Shown here: in pieces, positions 1 through 8,011 of the stretch
Numbering within the stretch: the first letter of the stretch is position 1
Layout: every line of letters starts with the position of its first letter
From: a bacterium
GTDB taxonomy: Bacteria > UBP15 > UBA6099 > JAJRTR01
Direction of reading: 5' to 3'
DNA length: 64,000 bases
Assembly: GCA_024278215.1 (NCBI GenBank)
Contig: JAJRTR010000111.1
Span: 1-64,000, forward strand
The notes under the pieces: generated by a model
Database searches by the model: none
What the model was told of the DNA's origin: nothing
What the model saw: the letters and a program-made list of their open reading frames with translations, nothing else
Translations under genes and position numbers: made by a program

Positions 1-1166
1 AGATTGAGTAGAGAGAAGCCTTTTAACGTGTCGCCCATAAGCGACATGAGGCGACCAGCTTCGTAATTGGCCTCGATATTTTTCGGGTCCATCATGAGCG
101 CCACGAGAAAAGCCGCTACAGCGTCGCTGTATTCGCCGTACTTGATATGCTGTCGCGCGAGGTCGATCTGCGTGCGTGGGTGCATCAACAGCTTGTCGCG
201 CTGGATTGTTTCCAGCGCACGCGCGATAGCCAGCACATAGAAACGTTCGCTGCGTGCCGTCTGATTATCGGCTTCGAATGAAGAAAGGCAGAGTTTGCCG
301 TAGGTGAACGCGCTTGACCAGTTGTGTTCGAACACGCCTATTTCCATCATGTTGCAAAGCGAATAGGGAGTCGGCTCGGTTTTGTTCAATTTCTGAAATA
401 TGCCGCGCGCTCTGTCGACTTTGCCCTGCATAAAAAGCGTGTACGCGTAATTATTTGCCGTAAAGCCTTTGTTCGCGTCGAGTTCGACAGCTCTTTCGTA
501 ATGCTTGAAGGCTTTTTTAAACCTGCCGGACATCACGAGCGAGTCGGCGAGTTCCGAGTGTATCCCGGGGTTGTCCGGGGCGAGCTTGAGAGCTTCGGTG
601 TAGAATGCAGTTGCAACGGCGGGATAGCCGAGCAGTGTATAGGCGAACCCGCAATAGCCGAGAGAATCAAGTTTATCGGCACCGCCCGCGAGTCCTTTGT
701 ACAGCAGGCGAATAGCGTTGAGCGTGTCGCCTTCCTGGAGATAGAGTTTGCCTCTCAGGGTGTATATCTCCGGTTCGCTGCAACCGGTTTCCATCGCCCT
801 GTCCACGTCCATAGCGGCCATTCCGGGCTCCGACAGGTTGTTGAACATCCGGGCGCGTCGCATGTAGACGCAAGGATCGCCGTCCCCGTATTTGACGGCT
901 GTATCCATATCGTCCAGGGCCGCGTGGATGTCGCCCGACATAAGTTTTATCCAGCTGAGGGCATCGTAGACGCGAACTTTTTCGCTGTCCGGAATATCGA
1001 TCAGCGTAACCGTAAGTTCTTCGACAGCTTCCTCGTACCGGCCTGCCTTCGTCAACTGGTCGGCTTTTTTCAGCGCGTTTTCGACATCGTAAAGCGAAGC
1101 GTTCGCGGATGCCGTCGCGAGTACCGCAATAATAAGTGATGCCGTCAGAAACATCGTTAGTTTCAT
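1..1166 (-). CDS. Secreted TPR-repeat protein (runs off the left edge of the window)
   Basis: Not in the ORF track because it has no stop inside the window. Manual minus-strand translation from ATG 1166 (GGAGA RBS at 1171-1175) gives MKLTMFLTASLIIAVLATASANA (signal peptide), then TPR-like helices such as AFYTEALKLAPDNPGIHSELA, AFKHYERAVELDAN and AFLVALMMDPKNIEANYEAG. Confidence 0.85.
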   Translation of the reverse strand, partial: MKLTMFLTASLIIAVLATASANASLYDVENALKKADQLTKAGRYEEAVEELTVTLIDIPDSEKVRVYDALSWIKLMSGDIHAALDDMDTAVKYGDGDPCVYMRRARMFNNLSEPGMAAMDVDRAMETGCSEPEIYTLRGKLYLQEGDTLNAIRLLYKGLAGGADKLDSLGYCGFAYTLLGYPAVATAFYTEALKLAPDNPGIHSELADSLVMSGRFKKAFKHYERAVELDANKGFTANNYAYTLFMQGKVDRARGIFQKLNKTEPTPYSLCNMMEIGVFEHNWSSAFTYGKLCLSSFEADNQTARSERFYVLAIARALETIQRDKLLMHPRTQIDLARQHIKYGEYSDAVAAFLVALMMDPKNIEANYEAGRLMSLMGDTLKGFSLLN

Positions 1167-1502
1167 ATAATCTCCATGATGCCGGCTCAGGGTGCGTCCC
1201 AACAATTTCACCAACGTTTCCAGGGTCCACCCCGAGAACGCCGAAGACCGGATGCTCCAACTTCCACCAATCTCATTATCAGCATTTCTTTGCCGTTCTG
1301 CACTGTATTCCGATTGTAAGATATTTTAACGGCAATGTTGTCTGTTTACAATGAGTTTCCGGGGTGAACCCATGGAACGAGCAGTAAAATACAGACTGAC
1401 AAACAGAAAAAAACGACAGTAAAAAGTGTAATCTCCATCCGATATGATAGAATTTATGTGCGGGATGTTGTTGATCCTGTCTCTTCTATATGGAAACAGA
1501 AA

Positions 1503-3350
1503 ATGAAATCGAAATTTGTAATTGTAAGCCTTCTGGTTATAGCGGTTGTCGTCGCTTGTAATTTCATCCTGATCGTGCGCGGCGGGCGTACATCCGAGGA
1601 GTACGAGCTTATGCTCGAAACATCCGACAGGATGAATGCGCAACTGGGCGAATGCCAGAACATGCTGTTGAAAACATTTGAAAAGCTCGAAGGCGACGAC
1701 AGCCGTTACTATGCCGCACAATATAAAAAAATCTACGATTCATGCCATGATATTTATTCCGGGATCGAGGCGGAGATCGCGGGGATGGAGCCACTCCGCG
1801 AGTTGAGCGCGGAGCTGAAGGATGTCCTGTGGCAATCGCTGGCGACAAATGTTTCTTTCTCCGATACTGTGGCGCATTGCGCCTATTCCATCCTTTATTC
1901 CAAGGGCACACCTCTCGAGATGTCCTGCTATGAAAATGCGCTCGCGGAGCTATTCGGAGACATGCGAAAGACCGAGGCACGATATAAAGACATCTCGACA
2001 AAGATGATCGAAGCGAGCCGGTACGACTGCATTTTCGCGGCGAATAACAAGCAGAAGAAACGTGCGCGCAACTCCGGCTCCGCGCTGAATGTCGGGATAA
2101 TACTGATCGACGCGCTCAGGGCGGATATGCTGCGAGTGAACGGCGCTGAAACGACGGTGATGCCGTTTCTCGATCAGCTTGCGCGCGAGGGGGTGGCGTA
2201 CACAGACGCGACATCGCCGTCGAGCACAACGATCACGAGCGTGACGTCGATTTTTTCAGGGACCGACCCCTATGAGGCGAACTCGATGGGCTCAAGGCAG
2301 TGGAATAGCGACTTGTCGCTGGTCCGTGAGTTCAGCAGGGCAGGCCGCCACACGGCGGCGTTTACGGCTAATTCTCTCATCACGCCACGCACGGAATTCG
2401 ACAAAGGTTTCGATTCCTTCTATGCCCGCTACTGGCCTTCTGCCAATATTATCTACAACGAATTCAGGTTCCACTGGTACCGGCACAGGAGCGAAAAACC
2501 TTTTTTCTTTTATGTGCATATCATCGATCCGCACGACCCCTATTTTTCGCCCGACAGCGTGGAAAAACTCGCGACCGAAGGAAGACCCGCGGGATTCATC
2601 GTCGATCCGAACGACATCCGCGCGCGGTATATATCGAAAGGCATCGACCCGCTCGACCACCTGAAACCGGGCAATATCGCGTACCTGCGGGAGCTTTACG
2701 CGCAAGAAGCACGCTACGCCGACCGCTGGGTGAAAAACATTGTCGATCTTATGCGGGAATACGGTATGCTCGACAACACACTTCTGGTAATCACTGCTGA
2801 CCATGGGGAAGAGTTTCTCGAACACGGCGACATAAAACATTCACGCCAGCTTTACCAGGAACTCGTGCATGTGCCGCTTGTCGTGTGGGGAAAGCTTCCG
2901 GAAAAGCTCTCTCCCGGCACAATAATCGGCGCGCCGCACTCGACGCTGGAAATATTCCCTTCACTGCTGGCGGCTGCCGGTATCGACGTGCCTGAAAGAG
3001 TCGCCGGCAGAGTGGGGCTCTTCGCGCCCGGCGCGCCTGTGATAACAGCGACAAAAAACGGGCTCGACCTCGACGACAAATCCATTTCCGGGCACGAACT
3101 GGCGGCGTTGAGAAACGGCAACTATAAGATTATTGTGGATTTCGATACCGGCAAATTCAGGCTATACAATCTTGTGCGTGATCCGATGGAAAAGAATGAT
3201 CTGAGCGGCATCGAACCGGAGAAGGCGGCGGCGATGAAAAAAGAGTTGATAGGGGTAAGAAGAGAGTCGCTGAAAAAAAATATGAAACGCGGTGACGCAC
3301 CGTCCGAAGAAATTAAGGGTATGCTCAAATCGCTGGGTTATTTGAAATAA
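1503..3350 (+). CDS. Membrane-anchored sulfatase-like hydrolase (alkaline phosphatase superfamily) with an N-terminal helical domain
   Basis: Motifs IILIDALRAD, HIIDPHDPY, ITADHGEEFLEHG, LYQELVHVPL, LYNLVRDPMEKNDL and C-terminal LKSLGYL. Hydrophobic N-terminus from MKSKFVIVS (ATG 1503); the track start at 1458 is probably too far upstream. Confidence 0.8.
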   Translation: MKSKFVIVSLLVIAVVVACNFILIVRGGRTSEEYELMLETSDRMNAQLGECQNMLLKTFEKLEGDDSRYYAAQYKKIYDSCHDIYSGIEAEIAGMEPLRELSAELKDVLWQSLATNVSFSDTVAHCAYSILYSKGTPLEMSCYENALAELFGDMRKTEARYKDISTKMIEASRYDCIFAANNKQKKRARNSGSALNVGIILIDALRADMLRVNGAETTVMPFLDQLAREGVAYTDATSPSSTTITSVTSIFSGTDPYEANSMGSRQWNSDLSLVREFSRAGRHTAAFTANSLITPRTEFDKGFDSFYARYWPSANIIYNEFRFHWYRHRSEKPFFFYVHIIDPHDPYFSPDSVEKLATEGRPAGFIVDPNDIRARYISKGIDPLDHLKPGNIAYLRELYAQEARYADRWVKNIVDLMREYGMLDNTLLVITADHGEEFLEHGDIKHSRQLYQELVHVPLVVWGKLPEKLSPGTIIGAPHSTLEIFPSLLAAAGIDVPERVAGRVGLFAPGAPVITATKNGLDLDDKSISGHELAALRNGNYKIIVDFDTGKFRLYNLVRDPMEKNDLSGIEPEKAAAMKKELIGVRRESLKKNMKRGDAPSEEIKGMLKSLGYLK

Positions 3351-3356
3351 GGCCGA

Positions 3357-5363
3357 CTACTTCAGCGGCAGCGTGAAGTGGAAAGCGCTGCCCTTATCTT
3401 TTTCACTTTCGACCCATATCCTGCCGCCGTGCAGTTCGATAAGTTCCTTGCAAATAGCGAGTCCAAGCCCGGTGCCGCCGTAGCCGCGTGTATCGTGTTT
3501 GTCCACCTGGTAGAATCGTTCAAAAATCCTTTTTTGCTCGTCCCGTGGAATGCCGATGCCTGTATCGGACACGGAAAAACGGACGGCGTTTTCAGATTCA
3601 TCCCGGACCGCCTGCACAGAGATGCGGCCGCCGCGGGGCGTAAACTTTATGGCGTTTCCAATTAGATTGAACAGTACCTGGTTGATGCGGTCACGGTCCG
3701 CGTAGACATGCGGCGTCTCGGGATCGACGTATATCTGCAACTCGATCTGCGATTCCTTGAGCCGCTCGCTGAAGACCTCTTCTACGCCGCGCAGTTCCTT
3801 GCCGGGATCAATGTATCTTTCTTTCAACTCGATTCGCCTGGCGTCGATCCTGGAGATGCTCAACAGGTCGGCTATGAGATTCTGCAGATTGCGTCCCCTG
3901 CGCAGAACCACCTCGAGACATTCGCGCTGATCGTCCGATATCTCTCCGGTCACACCCTCGAGCATCATCGAAACATTGCCGATAATCGATGTCAGCGGTG
4001 TGCGCAGTTCGTGGGAAACCGTGGAAAGGAATGTGTCTTTCACCTCGTTGGCTTTCTGGAGACTTATGTTGCTGTCCAGGAGTTGCTGATTGACTTTCTC
4101 GAGTTCTTTCGAGTACATCTCCAGATTTTCGTGTGCCGATTTCAAGCGGCGGGAGTACTCTTCCACCTGTTGTTTCGACAATCGCATTTCTTCCATCGAG
4201 TTGTTGAGCCTGACACTCATTTCGTTGAAAGCGGCGGCCAGTTCCGCTATCTCGTCGCTTCCCTCGATATCTATCCTGTGCAGCAGGTTTCCCCTGCCGA
4301 TCTCTTCCGCCCCGACCGTCAGTTTCATAATCGGACCGGTTATCCTTCTGGTGATCAACATGCCCAGAATCACCGATACACATATGCCGAGCAGTACGAG
4401 CAGAAAACTCGTGGTCAGCGATTTGATTTTAAATCTGTTGATGGATTCCGTTGACGAGAGCAGTTCGAAAACGCCGATGGGTTTATTTTCATAATCGAGG
4501 AGAGCAATGTAGCCGGTGATCTCGCTGATTCGGCGGCGGTCTTCCACCTTCTCGGATTCTTCCCAGTTTTCGGATGTCCGGAACATGCCCGAAGGTGGCG
4601 GCCTGTTCCACGAGGGGTCGGAACTGTTCACCAGTGAATGCGGGAGATAGACACTGGCGACGCCTCGTGTTCGATCATGAATCTCGCGTAGTAGCGTCCT
4701 GTCTCTGTTCAGCAAGTAGCCGACCGTTACCGTGCCGACGACCCCCTGCGCGTCGGTGCGCGGTCTGAAGGTGGTATAGCCTTCTCCGCGCTCGAGTCGA
4801 AACACCGGCACCGTCGCTTCGATAGCAAGCCCCGTGTCGCTCACCTCGTTGTGAGACGGCTCCGCTATCATTCCATTGCGCCACATATCTTCGGGGTCCA
4901 GGCGTGCGAAAGACACCACCTCGCCGCCGTTGAGCGCAATTCTCACCGAAGCCCGGTCGCTCATGTCGTCGCCGGTCGAGTTGAACTCGGGATACCTGCA
5001 CAAAACGATACCCACCGAATCTGTAACCGTTAGGTAAGCCAGGTCGTAGTCTTCATAAGCGATAAGAAAATCTTTAACTTTGATCCGTATCGAGTTGCCG
5101 ACGCGGCTTGTCACCATCTTGCTGAAATATATATCACTTGCAAGGCCGCGTCCTATCCGCCTCAGGTTCTGTTTCTTATTCGCCAGCAGCAGTGTCGCTA
5201 CCTCGAGGTCGGACTCCATCTTGTACTGCGCTTCTTTATATATATACTGCGAAAGAAAGACGAGGTTGTAGAGCGAGGGTATCACCATTGCAGAAGCGAC
5301 GACAACAAGAAACGCCAGTACAAGTCTTCTGCCGAGTCCCCACCTTGTTCGTTTGAATTCCAT
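3357..5363 (-). CDS. Sensor histidine kinase (TM, periplasmic Cache-like, TM, HAMP, HisKA, HATPase)
   Basis: H-box SHELRTPLTSI, N-box NLIGNAIKF, G1 DTGIGI, F-box IFERFYQ, G2 GGTGLGL; HAMP DEIAELAAAFNEM. Confidence 0.95.
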   Translation of the reverse strand: MEFKRTRWGLGRRLVLAFLVVVASAMVIPSLYNLVFLSQYIYKEAQYKMESDLEVATLLLANKKQNLRRIGRGLASDIYFSKMVTSRVGNSIRIKVKDFLIAYEDYDLAYLTVTDSVGIVLCRYPEFNSTGDDMSDRASVRIALNGGEVVSFARLDPEDMWRNGMIAEPSHNEVSDTGLAIEATVPVFRLERGEGYTTFRPRTDAQGVVGTVTVGYLLNRDRTLLREIHDRTRGVASVYLPHSLVNSSDPSWNRPPPSGMFRTSENWEESEKVEDRRRISEITGYIALLDYENKPIGVFELLSSTESINRFKIKSLTTSFLLVLLGICVSVILGMLITRRITGPIMKLTVGAEEIGRGNLLHRIDIEGSDEIAELAAAFNEMSVRLNNSMEEMRLSKQQVEEYSRRLKSAHENLEMYSKELEKVNQQLLDSNISLQKANEVKDTFLSTVSHELRTPLTSIIGNVSMMLEGVTGEISDDQRECLEVVLRRGRNLQNLIADLLSISRIDARRIELKERYIDPGKELRGVEEVFSERLKESQIELQIYVDPETPHVYADRDRINQVLFNLIGNAIKFTPRGGRISVQAVRDESENAVRFSVSDTGIGIPRDEQKRIFERFYQVDKHDTRGYGGTGLGLAICKELIELHGGRIWVESEKDKGSAFHFTLPLK

Positions 5364-5645
5364 ATTATTTATGTTCGATCTGTTTATTCTCGTACCGGCA
5401 ACGCATGCTGCCGTCTGTCGACTGAACGCGCCGCGCTCATCCGGAAATCACCGGTGTTGTGGTGTCCCTGTGCGGACAGGATTACATTTAACACATGCTT
5501 TCCAATAGTTTACTTGAAAACCTCAGTTTATTATACGACAGAAAATCGAAATGGAAAACCATCGGCGATGAAGACAGGGCCTCTTGTGAAAATATGTTCC
5601 TGCACAGTCGGTTGCGGTCTGAATAAAAATCCGATAGGATGATGG

Positions 5646-6530
5646 TTGATGGAGAAAAAAACGATAAAGATACTACTCGTCGAGGACAGCCCCACAGATT
5701 ATCATGTAATAAAAGAAATGCTGTCCGAGTTCGACAACATCAATTACAGGGTGTCCTGGGCGCGCCTTCTTTCCGAAGGGCACGAACAGCTCAAGGAGGA
5801 CGACTTCGATGTTGTACTGCTTGATCTTGCGCTGCCCGACAGCCGGGGTTTCGACACATTCGGCGCGGTGCGCCACGTTGTGCCGCACATACCGATAATT
5901 CTCCTGACCGCCACCGACGACGATGAACTGGCTCTCGATCTCGTCCGCCGCGGCGCGCAGGATTACCTGGTAAAGGGCCAGATCAACAGCAACATACTCG
6001 TGCGTTCGATCAGGTACTCGATCGAGCGGCACCAGATGCACTCGATACTGCGGAATCTCGCTCTTATCGACGAACTTACCGGACTCTACAACAGGCGCGG
6101 CCTCAACGCTATCGCAAAACAACATCTCAAACTTGCACAGAGGACAAAACGCAACATAATAGTTATATGCACGGATATGGACGGTCTCAAGGAAATCAAC
6201 GACACCTGCGGACACCTCGAGGGCGACCGTGCGATTGTCGAGACGGCAAAGATACTCAAGGCGACATTCAGGGAGTCCGATATTGTCGCCCGCTACGGGG
6301 GCGACGAGTTCGTCGTGCTCGCAATCGAGGCGCACGCGGAAAGCAACGATATTCTTGTCAACCGCCTGCGGAGCAATGCCGCCGCCTTCAACTGGGAGTC
6401 CGATTTCGATTTCACTATTTCGCTCAGCATCGGAACGGCTGTTTATAATCCTGAAACCGCCGCCGAACTCGAGGACCTGCTGAGGGAGGCGGACGCGGCG
6501 ATGTATGAGGACAAAAGAAACAAAATCTGA
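5646..6530 (+). CDS. Response regulator-diguanylate cyclase (REC-GGDEF)
   Basis: REC motifs LLVEDS, LLDLALPD, DYLVK; cyclase motifs DELTGLYNRR and RYGGDEF; I-site RESD. Confidence 0.95.
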   Translation: MMEKKTIKILLVEDSPTDYHVIKEMLSEFDNINYRVSWARLLSEGHEQLKEDDFDVVLLDLALPDSRGFDTFGAVRHVVPHIPIILLTATDDDELALDLVRRGAQDYLVKGQINSNILVRSIRYSIERHQMHSILRNLALIDELTGLYNRRGLNAIAKQHLKLAQRTKRNIIVICTDMDGLKEINDTCGHLEGDRAIVETAKILKATFRESDIVARYGGDEFVVLAIEAHAESNDILVNRLRSNAAAFNWESDFDFTISLSIGTAVYNPETAAELEDLLREADAAMYEDKRNKI

Positions 6531-6572
6531 CACCATATCTATATTACGCGCGAAACGCTATAATTCTGCCCT

Positions 6573-7376
6573 ATGGAAAACATAACGAGTTTACAGAATA
6601 AACAGGTGAAGGAACTTGCCGCCCTGTTCACGAAGAAGGGGCGCAGGGCTTCGGGATGCTTTGCGGCAGAGGGACAACGGACACTGATCGAGGCGCTCAA
6701 CGCGGATGCTCTTGCGCTGCGGCTCGCAGTTGTCGAAAAACTGCTCGAAAAACCGGAAATCAGTACGCTTGTAAAGAAATTCGAAGCAAAAGGGACTTCC
6801 ATACTCACCGTGTCTGCACAAATCATGAAGAAAATCAGCGGGATGGATACGCCCCAGGGCATCATCGCCGAAGTGAAGCGTCCGGACACAACGCCGCTCG
6901 CATCCGTGAATTTTACCGGCGGTGTGAGTGTGTTGCCGTGGGGACTTAGCGACCCACGCAATATGGGGCTACTGGTGAGAACGGTAGAGGCCGCCGGTGG
7001 AAACTATATCTTGTTGCCGCCGGGAGTTACCGACCCCTTTCATCCGCAGGCGGTGCAGACATCTATGGGCGCTGTGTTCCACAGCAGGTTTGTCGAGGAT
7101 GCGCGCGCCGCGGTCATGATAAATGAAGCGAAACAACAGGGTGTCCCGGTTGTCGCTACAAATGCCTGGAAGGGCCGGGACGCAACAGATTGGCTCAAAC
7201 ACGCGCCCGCGAATTTTCTACTCCTGCTGGGCAATGAAGGCGCGGGCCTTGCGCCCGAAATCGAGGATATGGCGGACGTCTCTATTTCTCTGCCCATTTC
7301 GGGTAACGCGGAATCTCTGAATGTCGCCGTGTCGGCTGGAATCATCCTTTATCTTCACAGAGCTTTTTCGAGCTGA
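6573..7376 (+). CDS. TrmH/SpoU-family RNA methyltransferase
   Basis: ITSLQN, TPQGIIA, DPRNMGLLVRT, GNEGAGL and ESLNVAVSAGIILY motifs. Confidence 0.93.
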   Translation: MENITSLQNKQVKELAALFTKKGRRASGCFAAEGQRTLIEALNADALALRLAVVEKLLEKPEISTLVKKFEAKGTSILTVSAQIMKKISGMDTPQGIIAEVKRPDTTPLASVNFTGGVSVLPWGLSDPRNMGLLVRTVEAAGGNYILLPPGVTDPFHPQAVQTSMGAVFHSRFVEDARAAVMINEAKQQGVPVVATNAWKGRDATDWLKHAPANFLLLLGNEGAGLAPEIEDMADVSISLPISGNAESLNVAVSAGIILYLHRAFSS

Positions 7377-7597
7377 GCGCCGACCGGAACCGAAAACGGC
7401 CCGCTCGATGTGAGTACTTGCTCGATTCAAAAACGATCCTCCTTCACATTTCTTCTCGACACTATTTCATCCCCTCTTCTCTGGTTCAACCCCTCCGGTC
7501 CCTATTGTCTCCACCCATGTGAACAGTTACCATCCGTTGATATTAGCATTTCCCATATATACATGTTAGAATTAAAAAAAATTGCAAGCAGGAAAAT

Positions 7598-8011
7598 ATG
7601 GTACCATCAAATCCGCAAGAATGGATAGCGATAGCCAGTGAACGAGCTTCGGATGCTGAAGAGATATTTAAAGGTAAACCGAATTCTGTAGGGTCTGTTT
7701 ATATGGCGGGATATGCAATTGAATGCAGTCTTAAAGCTTATTATAAGAAGCAAGGGAAGCAACCACCCACATCAGGCAGAAGAGGGCATAATTTAAAGAC
7801 CATGCTAAAAGATTGCGGCCACAGACTTAGCGATTTGCGAGACGGTGATGGATATAAGTCCTTTTATCTTGATTCCTGGTCAACTGATTTGCGTTATGAG
7901 ACAAAGCTTCCTGTAGGGTTCGAGGACAAAGCTGAAGAACTGCTGAAGGCAGCCAGAAAATTAACCGGCAATATACAGACTTGGTTGCGAAGGGAAAGAA
8001 AACAAAAATGA
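7598..8011 (+). CDS. HEPN-domain protein
   Basis: 137-aa helical protein: SVYMAGYAIECSLKA, GHNLKTML, WSTDLRYE and a C-terminal AEELLKAARKL helix, matching the HEPN pattern. AT-rich sequence. Confidence 0.8.
   Translation: MVPSNPQEWIAIASERASDAEEIFKGKPNSVGSVYMAGYAIECSLKAYYKKQGKQPPTSGRRGHNLKTMLKDCGHRLSDLRDGDGYKSFYLDSWSTDLRYETKLPVGFEDKAEELLKAARKLTGNIQTWLRRERKQK

Noticed and set aside
324-1139. 271-aa plus-strand ORF, and other long ORFs such as 17933-19210 (+), 30885-32159 (-), 41308-42486 (-) and 54558-55769 (-)
   Set aside because: They are antisense shadows of genes with clear family motifs and carry no recognisable motifs themselves.
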